A program made the translations under genes and the position numbers. From Chara braunii (Eukaryota > Plantae > Charophyceae): a DNA stretch of 64,000 bases. Positions 53,685 through 64,000 of this stretch are shown here, in pieces (the first letter of the stretch is position 1; each line of letters opens with the position of its first letter). The stretch spans positions 6,130,157 through 6,194,156 of the forward strand of contig BFEA01000011.1 of assembly GCA_003427395.1 (NCBI GenBank), in the 5' to 3' direction. Below the pieces are notes generated by a model, which did not search any database, was not told the origin of the DNA, and saw nothing but the letters and a program-made list of their open reading frames with translations.

Positions 53685-53842
53685 CTCTTTTTTAAAAAGG
53701 ACAATGGCCTTGAGATATTGTCATTGAAGTGACTGGCCCCAGGTAATTTATTATCCTTTTCTGCTCATCTCATTGCATCTGGATTCGAACTTGGGTCTGC
53801 ATTTCAACAGTTCTTGTTTGTACCAACTAAGCTACTAGGCCC
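53685..53842 (-). mobile_element. tRNA-derived SINE, copy 2 (best preserved)
   Basis: A-box TAGCTTAGTTGG, B-box GTTCGAATCC and the shared body. Confidence 0.78.
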
Positions 53843-53881
53843 GTTGGTAAGCACCACTTTTTGTCTTGATCGTAGCTGCTG

Positions 53882-53952
<71 letters not shown>

Positions 53953-54524
53953 CGTAGCTGCATCATTTTCTGGCTTCAGGGACATTTGGCAACGACATCA
54001 GCAGCAACTGTCTGGTTGTCGACGAAAGGCATGCATGCAAGTGGCCACAGTACGCAAAGGGACTTCGGAGACCACATTGCATGTTTAGCTGCTCGGACCT
54101 CTTACGACCAGAATAATCCGTGTTGTGGATTTATCGTTGAAACTTAGACACAAAACTTATAGGAATGCCCCTCTCCTGGGCTGACAAGTGGATGTTAGTT
54201 CGCTGAGACACACTCCTGGAAAAGGCCTCGCCTTCTATTGTCTGGGAACATGGTTGGTTGTGCAGGCTGTTAGATATGTTCGAGGGTTTCGGATATTATT
54301 CGGGCGGATGGGCGGACGGGCGGACGGACAGATGCGGTCCTTTTTTTTACAATTATCTCTCTCCAAGTCTGTCAGATCAATTAGAAGAATGTCAGAGTGA
54401 TGACTCATGACTTGAAAAAGACAGGCAACATAAGAAAAAAAAACAAAAAAAAGGAATATTTTTCAAAAACGAAAAAGACAGGCCCAGGGCATACTCACAC
54501 TGCTGGGACTACCAACAGGCCTAC

Positions 54525-54909
54525 GGGCCTGCTTGCACTACTCTCCATACGCCAAGTTTGGCGAGTAGGCGCCTAGTTGCACTTACTCGCCAAACTTGGC
54601 GAATGAAAAATATGTCAGACTGCTCGCCACACCCCCGACACAAGTTGTGGCGAGTGTTTTTGGTTTGTACGCCTGTGCACAGCGGTTTGTGGAGGGTGGT
54701 CCTCGGACCTCTCCACAAAACAACTTTCTGGAGAGTGCACGGCTTCACGGGTCGAGATCAGTCAGACAATTTTTTTTTACTTTTCTGTAGAAGAAATATT
54801 GTGGCGAGTAAGTGCAACCAGGCCTCCAGTTCGACACGATTCTCATTTTTTTCACTCTCCACCTATCCACCACGAATTGTGGCGGATGGCGAGTAGTGCA
54901 ACTAGGCCC
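54525..54909. mobile_element. Tourist/PIF-Harbinger-type MITE
   Basis: 24-bp imperfect TIR GGGCCT(GC/AG)TTGCACTACTC(T/G)CCAT, 3-bp TSD TAC and internal TGGCGAGT repeats. Confidence 0.82.
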
Positions 54910-55027
54910 TACCTCACGAACTGTTGAAATATGAATCAGGCCCAAGTTCGAATCCAGCTGCAATCAGATGGACAGAATAAAATATCTCTGAATTACCTGG
55001 GGCCGGTCAGTTCAATGATGATATCAA
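54910..55027 (+). mobile_element. tRNA-derived SINE, copy 3 (5' end disrupted by the MITE)
   Basis: GAACTGTTGAAAT..CCCAAGTTCGAATCC..AATTACCTGGGGCC. Confidence 0.72.
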
Positions 55028-56289
55028 CTGTTACTCGATGGGGGTGGGGGAAGATGACAAGGGAGGCACAGTTACTGGCAAATGCTTGGTCCTGATGTTA
55101 GCTGGGCCCCCACCGGCAGCCCCAACCCTGCACCCTAAACGCTAGGGCAAAGGGGCAAACATGCCGTTACCTCTCTCCACCGAGAGAGGTATCCTCCCTT
55201 CACCGAAGAGAGGTAGAAAGCTATGCTTGCAGGGGTCCCCTGCATACCCTTAGGAGTAGTGGTAGGTTGGTAGTGAAAGATTAAAAAAAAAAAAGATATG
55301 TTCCATGACATGGCAAAACGCCAGTTAAAAATATGTGTGGTGAGAAAAAATATATGGCTTCCCCCCATGAGGAGACGGCAGCTTAAAAAAAAAAAAAAAA
55401 AAAAAAAGACAATATCGGAAGGCCGTCGCCCTCCTTTCAAAAACAAATAAAAAATAAAAAAATAAAACACCACTGCTGGGACTTTTTCTACTAACCTATG
55501 GATGTCGTCGCCATACACTGCTGGGGGTCAGGTCGTACTCATACTGCTGGGACTTTTTCTAATGTTAACCTATGGGCATCGTCAATGTCTGGCCATTATT
55601 GCAATGAGCTACATTAGAGCAACCGCTAGTCTGAGGACATAGAGCGTCGTTAGACACTGCTTGGTGACGTGAAATCCACAAGGACGCGCTCGTTCCACCT
55701 GTCCTTGGGGACGAAATTGAAAAAGAAATGTGAAAACGCCACAAGGAAAATGCCTTGTGGCGTCCTTGTGGCCTCGGCCAAAATTCCCTCATCCCCAAGG
55801 GACCTCGTGAGCTCCCTTGGAGCTCAAGGAACCGTGATTCACGGAGCGACGAAGACATGTGTCAAGGGAGAGTTTTGGTTCTTGGGTGGTCCAGATGTGG
55901 TCCAACGACATTAGCACGGACATCCCCGCCCTGCAACGTCTGCGTAGTTCCCAAATGGCCCCCAATGGCTACTGTTGGCGGTGGGCTGGCATCATCGCTT
56001 TCGGCCGGTATCATGTGGTCTCCCGCACTCGAGGAACGTCAGCAACGGTCGAGAAAGCCTTCAGTCCGTCCACGGAAGAGGTTTCCGCATGAGTGTCGTG
56101 TTCCCACACATGTCGTCACGTGCTGCACGTCCGACAAGACTCTTGCCTTCTCCGCCGTTGTGTGTTAGATGTCTGACAACAGACATGTCATTGATGCCCT
56201 CTCCATCATGAAGTTCATGGCCGACCAGTACCACAGGCTCCCTCTGCTGCTCCACGTCCCTGTGCTGCTTCTGGTGGTCCCTCTGCTGC

Positions 56290-56670
56290 TCCTCAACGCT
56301 ATGCTGTTTCTCGTTGAACTAGTCATCCGTGGCGTCATCGCATTGTCGAGGGTCTTCCCACGCCCCCCCCGTCCTGCGTTTGATCCACCACCTCGGTGTC
56401 GCTTTTGGAATGACGCCGCAACCCAAAGTGTAGCACAACTCGATGACAGCCTCCGAACTTGCTACGTAGTCGGGGCCGTCATCCGCAGCTTGCATAAACG
56501 TCCTTTTCCTACGCGCTTGCAACTGCTCCTTCATTCGTCCCAGCCCCCTCTCCTGCTGACAACGAAGAACAACGGTTGACGCGGCTGCAGCCACAACTGC
56601 CCGCTCAAGCGGTGTCAACAACGCATGTCTGCCCTCTCTGCCGCTCTCCGTCGCCACCACCTCCACAGGG
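56290..56670 (-). pseudogene. Probable PIF/Harbinger-type transposase N-terminal remnant
   Basis: PRWWIKRRTGGAWEDPRQCDDATDD resembles the W-W...F N-terminus of Harbinger transposases. No DDE core is visible. Confidence 0.45.
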
Positions 56671-56830
56671 ATGACGTCTCTCCACTGTCGTCTCGATCCT
56701 CGCTCTCGAGAGACATAACCAGCTCACCCCTCGAGGAGACGTCCACGAAGTTGCCGCCTTCCCGTTGATGTTGTCCCCCTAGCGGTGCGTATGACGGCGT
56801 GGACGACGTGGAGGAGAAGCTCGACGGTGA

Positions 56831-59800
56831 TGGACCCATCTGGTGCAAGCTGTCAAGCGCACGTTCCCTGCTGGGGGGAGACCTTCCTGGTCGCGTCACG
56901 CAGGATTGGCAGATTCACGAGTCGCTTCACGAAAGAGGAAGTGGCGGAGCCGCTCCGGCCCAGTGCGCCAGCTATACCTCCATCGAGTCCCTACGACAGG
57001 ATGGGGTTTCGCGAGGTACAACTTACCTCCACCTGTGGGAGTTGTCACCATCCCTTCGGTGGGCGTATCCTTGCCGAGCTACTCAACCACCCGCCGAAAC
57101 TTTCATGTGCAATTGCGGAGGTGGCTTAGCTGAGGGCGTTTCTCGTACGCCGTAGCATAGGGGGTACGCGCGGTCCACACCTAGCTCGGACCCGTACGCG
57201 AACCGTTGCGCGGGGCGATGATCTTCCAAACGTGTTTCATCGTCGGTCGACTAGGTCATCCTAACTTAACAATGCAATACGCAACAAAATAATGAAACTA
57301 AAACTCTAACAAGCATATAAGCCTAGTCCCTTGTTTTGTCCAAGTGTTTAAGCGGGGCCTGCACAAAGTTGTATAAAAAGAATGCACTCGCAAAGGAGAT
57401 CACAACGCTCAGTCATGTGTACTCACTTGATTGGTTATCATGACGACGCTTCATGCGTTACCCACAACAACGCAATCTCTCATGGGTTTCAAAGATGTGT
57501 ATGACACTAAGGTGTGTCGAAGGCGAAATATTGTGAAGGGACCCTCATTCACAATATTGAACGGCTGGAGGATAAGTTGTTCGGCCCTTGCGGCACCCCT
57601 GTCTTTTAGGCAGTGGGTGCCGATAGGCAAGGGGCATAGGTCCGGCTCATGGGGAAACCCTTTTGTGCTGGACCAGAACCTAGGATGTCCTGGACAAGAA
57701 CCTCGAATTCCAGGCTCGGGACCAACGTCCCACCATTAATCTAAAAAGCAAAGCCCTTTTAAGATGGGTTCGCTCGTTCCTCTCCTGCGGAAACATAATA
57801 GAGGGTAATCTCGGGTTAGTGAGTAACTCACCGTGCCCAAGCTGAGTCTTAGTCCAGTCGAAGGTCGAACGCTAAACCTTGCGTTCGACCATTCCTGCCT
57901 TTTCGCTCGATGCGAGCGGCAAGAGAAAGTGAAAATGAAAAATAAAAGGGAAAGTCTCAGAGGAAATCAAAAAGAGTCATTCTCATAGCCACAGTTGAAT
58001 CTTGTCACTCACACCTAGCATTCATAAATATCATCCTCGATTCATGAGCGAACCCTCGCTCCTATACATATCTGCACACATATGAATTCCAACAAAATTC
58101 ACACGCAAGCGCCACAAACGTGGTCAACTCTTTTGTTCCCAAATGCATGTCCCACACGCCCCTTTCCAAACCCCACTCAACAAAGATATACCCGCCCGTC
58201 TCGATTCACACCGCTTTTGCATAACCATTCAACAGAGGCTCCAAGGGTGAAAATTTCTTTCACAGGAAATGCCTTTCGCCTATGGGATCACGAACATCTG
58301 GACGTGGGTATCATGGTGGGTAGGAGTTGAGTTGCAAACCGACCTGCTATCAATTCGATAGCAAAAGTTGATGAAGTTCACGATCTTTGAGAGCACTCGC
58401 AGGTTATGGTGACCTGCATCACAAAATCAAGGCACGCATCGCCTGTCGAGTTAACAGAGATCAACTCCGTATTGCGTTCTAAACTACTTAGCAGTAACAT
58501 CCGACAACGATATAAAATTAACAAAAATTTTGGTAGCGTTTCCTTTTGGGAAGTGTAATCGAAGAATATTTACTAGACAAATTTTATGAATAAAACTCGA
58601 GACTAAAAAACAATCTGAAAATAAGCTAACCCTTTGGTTTCACTAGAAATTTCAGCAGCACTTCCTTTAGAAAGGAAGACGTTCATAATTCTTACTGACT
58701 CCAAAATTAAACTAATCCTATCCTAGTTTACATCTCAGAATCTTGACTAACTTTGAGTCCTTAGCAAAAATTTCGGCAGCATCTCCCCTAAGGGAAAGAG
58801 GGTCTCATAATTTCTACTAACCCAGAGGCTAGCCAAAGTCCTACCAAAGCAATCATGCATGAAGAGAAAAATGTGAAAACAAAAGTGAACATCTACCTGC
58901 CTATCGCTCAAGCACGAGGCGAGCACTAACACACTAACCTATCAAAACAAATCGACAAAGCAAGTGAGCATAAACAAGATGCAAAAGCAGAACTCAAAAC
59001 AAAACAAGGGTTCATTAGCCAAAGTTTCATCGTCTGCATTAGCATCTTCATGCCTTTTCCTAATAGAATTGTAACTAGGTTCCTGACTCCAAAATTCCCT
59101 TTATTTATTCACAATACAAATGGTTGGGAAACCCGCAGTGGACTCAACCAGTCTCACAAACAACAGGACAAACGACTCGGAAATCCGCAGTGGACTTCAT
59201 GTAGTCGCCTAGATAAACAAAGTAAAATAGGGTACCAGATGATTGGGGAACCCACAGTGGACTCAACCCGATCGTCTAGGTTTAGCAAAGCAATGCAAAC
59301 GATCAAGAAGTCGGCAGTCGAGTCAACCTGACCGTCTTGCTTAGCAAGACAAAAGACTGAGGAATCCCCAGTGGAATCAACCCAGTCGTCCAACTTACAA
59401 TAGCAAATGTCAAGTTGATTCCTCTACAAGCAAGTGAATTAAACAAGCATAGTGAGTTTACTTAATCAGATTGATGTCATAAACAAAGGTACAAAAAAAA
59501 AAAAAAAAAAAAAAAAATTATATACGACAATCAAACCAATCAAGACGAAGGCGTAGGATAGCATAAACAAGGGTTAAAAGGATTCTAATGGACTTGCGTC
59601 GGCCTACCTCACAATTCCCTGTCTCCAGAGTCCCGCCTGAACCCCGATAGAGCTCCCGCAATCACATGGGCTCCTGAGGTCTCACGGAGACAAGTCAAAA
59701 CCCAGCCACAATAGTCTGGGTAGGACCCAGCTAGCTGTCCTCCTCTCACGAAGTCTCACTGAGGTGATATGAGAGGGTTAGAAAAAGAAAAAGGCTCTCA

Positions 59801-59850
59801 GACGCTCAAGAGTCAAGATACAAAGGTGCGCAAGAGGGCCTTCGAGAGGT
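56831..59850 (-). mobile_element. Family C LTR copy C4 (far end not located)
   Basis: Starts TGTCAAGCGC. Collinear homology blocks with C3 at 7529-7960, ~8230-8380, ~8885-8930, the 122-bp repeats, and 11041-11270. Confidence 0.8.
59121..59390. repeat. Five spaced copies of a ~23-bp motif (~58-bp period) in LTR C4
   Basis: GGAA(A/T)CC(G/A/C)CAGTGGA(C/A)TCAACC at ~59127, 59180, 59247, 59310 and 59361. Confidence 0.7.
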
Positions 59851-61030
59851 AACTACTAACTAGAGACGCGTAGTCAAATCTCCTGAATCAGCAGTATGGC
59901 AGCTCCAACCAGCAGCAAGGGCCCTTAGCAGTGCTGCGACGCCGCCTGAAAACCCCACAACTGTGCTTTTGAAAACATTGCAGCTAGTCCCCCAAGTCCC
60001 TGCAAGTAGTCGTTCCATCTCAGTAGTAGTAATCTACCGTCGCAAAAATAAATAAAAAACGGCAGCAGCCCACATCGCAGTTTCGCGGATCAACTAATTA
60101 GAAAGTGCAGCCTGTGCAGGGCTGAGATTCAGTCAGCACCAAGCAGTCCCTACGACGGCAGCTTGCTCTACTATGATAGTATGTTGTCGTTTAGGAATAG
60201 CACTGTTGTTGCTGTGGCTTGAATTAATAGCACTTCTACTGAGAGGCCAACTGCCTCGCAGCATGCAGACTCAGTAGCATCATGAGTAGGCTGCCATCAT
60301 TTCTTGACCCCGAAAACAGTAGTAGAATAGCTGAAACCACCACCACTTATAACTGAATGTACACCGAAGGCAGCCACCGCCTCTAGCTAAGAGCACCAGC
60401 AGATCGTAGTCACAGACCCTCACCCATAAGGAGCCCTCCACATGTCAACCCTTGCTATGACATGACCTGGCGAGTTACCGTCAGTCATGCCCTCATCTGT
60501 ATTGGCCTGGTACATAATGACCCATCCTCAGACTTCGCCCTGACCAGGTAAGTGTAACATGCCCCACATGGAGCGAAATGAGAGTGAATCTTCCGCTAGA
60601 ATATGGGAAGATGCATTCTTCTTTGGTCGTCCCGTTTCTTCTTTTGTCCGCTCTTGTCTAACACAGCGCAGTCCCCACTTTGTGCTGTGTGAATGCCATG
60701 CCCATGCATGCATCGATATGGTCGCAAATCGAGCACAAGTGTACCCTGAAATAGCCACTCACGATTCTCTGCATGTTCACAGCTTCAGTCAACCAAGTTA
60801 CAAAAGGTAAAGCAAGGTTGATCTCCAAGCAATAAACTGCCTGAATCAGAGTACGGCAAGACCAGATTTTGATTGCCCCCAATTATTGAATCAGCTCCAA
60901 TCTTTGACCCGGTTCATGCCGCCTCACTGCTCATCAAGGTGATGCAAAATACCTATGTCTGGAGCACAGCAACATCTACCTTCTCAGTATCGCTACGAAC
61001 CTTCCTTATCGCTCATTCGTTGTCCCCAAT

Positions 61031-61707
<677 letters not shown>

Positions 61708-64000
61708 TGTACTAGGGAGCGAATTTTAGCGCCAAAACCCTCCGAAACAAACCCCACAGCTCGACACGGCGGGCCGGGCGCAGCGCTATCGGGAGCGCTG
61801 CGCCCCGTCGGGTTGGCATTCTCACACGGGCAGTCCTGTGGCGCCCTACGGGTTGGAAACACGTGAGCGCGAAGTGGTGGCTGGGCATGACGCGGGCAGT
61901 GTTGGCGTGACGGCGCCTTCAGGGAGAGTATTGGAAGATATCGGCGATGGGGTGGGACGACTGTGAAAGAGGGAGGAGAGGGTGAGGTGGGAAGGATGGT
62001 TGGGTTAGGGCGACCTACAATGGTCTTGGTTGGGAGAGACCGTCAAGGGAAGAGGCAGGGCTGGGCGGCCACGGCTGCAGACTGGGCGAGTTTATACGTT
62101 GTTACGGAGCAGTAGTTGGGTGAGTTGCCATGGAGCTGAAGTGGTTTGTCCTTGTTCTTCTCCTTCTTTGACCTTGGGCTATTCTCCTCTTCCTTCGGTT
62201 ATTTCGTTTGCGGTTATGGATCGTGGTTCACAGTTTCCTCCTCTGGACTACAAGTAAGGAATCATCGTGGTGATGAAGTCGAGATCGGACAGCAGGGGGG
62301 CAGGAGGATGGAGCGGGACTCAGGGTTGCCTGCCTTTTGAAAGCACTCTGGTGCCATCTCCAACTTTGTGCTTAATCCAGCGGTGTTACAGGTTAGCACA
62401 TTGGGTGAAGGGGAACTTGCCTTTTAGAGGAGGTGGGTCTCTTTGAGAAGTTCGGCCTTTCTGCGTAGTGTTGTGGTTGGTGGTTGGTATGACGCCGGCG
62501 GAAAGGAGGAGCGCGTTCTTACGTGGAGTGGGAGGAGGTTTGGAGGTGATATCGAGTGCGTTGAGTTCGTTTTTTTTTCGTATATATCTCTCTCATCTGC
62601 GGCACTCTCGCTGGTCATTTCAACGAAATCTATCGTGATCAAGATGGTGATCTGGTGATTCTGCAAAGACTCTCGAAGGAGTGGCGGAGATGATAATTCA
62701 AATTCGAGCTCATTTTCCTATTGAAATTTCTAATTCGTAATTCCTAATTCTAGGTTTCTAAAATATGAAAATCATATAGTACTAATATATATTCCTGTTC
62801 TAATCTAGTGCTTACACAGTTATAAATTCGGCTTTTCAAATTTGGAAAAATAATCTCACAATCTTATCCTTGTAATGACCCGCCAAAACACAGACTGAGA
62901 ACACTACTGATTTCTAGGATTTGCTGCTGGAATGAATGCCTTGCTGAGATTCGTGCATTCTGTTGTGGTTTCCATATCTGTGTGTGTGTGCGTGCCTGCT
63001 GGTTTGCATGCCTGTCTGAGTGCTTGTCGGCTGAGTGTGTGTGTGACCCGCAAGGGTGCTTGTTGGTTGAAAGGCCCCGCAGGGCAGGTACTTACCTGTG
63101 GCCGTGACTTTGAGGGTTGCAACGAGGAAAACACTCAAGTAGCGTGACTTTGGAAGATATAGAGTCCCGTGTGACAACACTGGAGCAGCGGAACCAAGAG
63201 CTACAGGCTGAGATAGTCAGCCTCAAACAGTCTCAACTGTCTGCCCCCCGTCCTCTTAATCCTCGTCCTGTTGCAGTCCCAGTCTCTCACCCTAACACAG
63301 TCCTCATGACAAGAGCAAGTGGAACTATGACGAGCGCAGGGACCGGTGCCAGCTCCTCAAGCGGCAGCGCCGACAGTTCTGCACTGGTCCTGGTTCCAAA
63401 TGCAGGAACATCAGCCCAAAACGCCGCAGTTTTTACTGGCGTACAATACAGCGGTCCCGTAGTGGACAAGAGGGCGGCCACTCTGCCGTCCAAGTACGAC
63501 GGGAAGGGGGACATCACCTCTTGGATTAGCTCCATGCGCTCATACTTCGAGGTACTGCAAACACCGCAGGAAGACCGAAGCATGATCATGGGCACAAATA
63601 CTGAGCTCGTCGTACGAAGTTTTATAGAACTCCAAGCTGTTACTGCAGGTTATGAGATAATTGATCTGACTGAGTGGCTGAAAGTAACTCCTGTACGTAC
63701 TCTTGAGGACCTCCTCATCACGCAGTATCAAGATAAGCACGCTGCACTCAAGGCAAGGCTAAAGCTTGAGGCCCTCAAAGGCCAAAAGTGGAGGACTTCC
63801 ATGCAGGCTTTGGAGAAGCACATGACTGGTTTGTTCACCTCTCCAAACCTGGGATGGATTGACGTGTCTTGCATGAATGTGGTTATGGGAGTGACCCCTG
63901 AAGGATTCTCTTATACACATCTAGACCAAACCTGGGATGGATTGACGTGTCTTGCATGAATGTGGTTATGGGAGTGACCCCTGAAGGATATGTTTCCCGG
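61708..64000 (+). mobile_element. Start of another Ty3/Gypsy element (E): putative LTR/leader and gag running off the window
   Basis: TGTACTAG start at the microsatellite edge. ORF 63117-63959 has Gag-like LPSKYDGKGDITSWISSMRSYF. The LTR end and PBS were not identified with confidence. Confidence 0.65.
63907..63925 (+). other. Nextera mate-pair junction adapter remnant (assembly artefact)
   Basis: TCTCTTATACACATCTAGA is an exact internal part of CTGTCTCTTATACACATCT-AGATGTGTATAAGAGACAG, and it lies between two identical ~64-bp copies. Confidence 0.9.

Noticed and set aside
57025-57065. Glycine-riboswitch-like CACCGAAGG...CUC..CAGGU on the minus strand of C4 (and C3)
   Set aside because: There is no GGAGA junction, and C1/C2 replace the segment with a plain stem. 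It is better treated as one hairpin of the family C structure.
59121-59390. CRISPR-like repeat-spacer array
   Set aside because: The repeats are degenerate, the spacers resemble each other, the context is a eukaryotic LTR, and there are no cas genes.

Overview
Eukaryotic, transposon-saturated nuclear DNA with no intact host gene that I can support. It is most likely a charophyte alga such as Chara; this is inferred from the plastid psbE/psbF copy, plant-type U2/U6 and the Gypsy/hAT/Harbinger content. Bases 1-31.2 kb are a nested Ty3/Gypsy stack. Chromovirus-like element B (iMet PBS, minus strand) carries a second chromovirus-like element A and a U6 retrocopy in its 5' LTR, and two very large LTRs of a third family (C) in its 3' LTR. 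The stack is scrambled by two adjacent inversions (about 20705-23000 and 23000-26817) and probably a third (about 1.2-4.6 kb). Family C is the most unusual feature, with four diverged copies. One is a complete 6951-bp TG..CA solo LTR with a 4-bp TSD, and another lies next to a tRNA-Asp PBS. The copies share a ~450-nt U5-end segment whose helices co-vary. Two copies have apparently conserved splice sites around a repeat-rich intron, and the complete copy contains an embedded 25S/28S rRNA fragment. The remainder holds hAT and Harbinger remnants and MITEs, LTRs sitting in (GT)n microsatellites, and a degenerate near-full-length L1/Tx1-type LINE. It also has a psbE-psbF plastid insertion, a U2 retrocopy, three tRNA-derived SINEs and several truncated poly(A) insertions. 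A Nextera mate-pair adapter remnant at 63907-63925 shows that the assembly contains artefacts. All alignments were done by eye; internal boundaries are approximate unless termini or TSDs are quoted.
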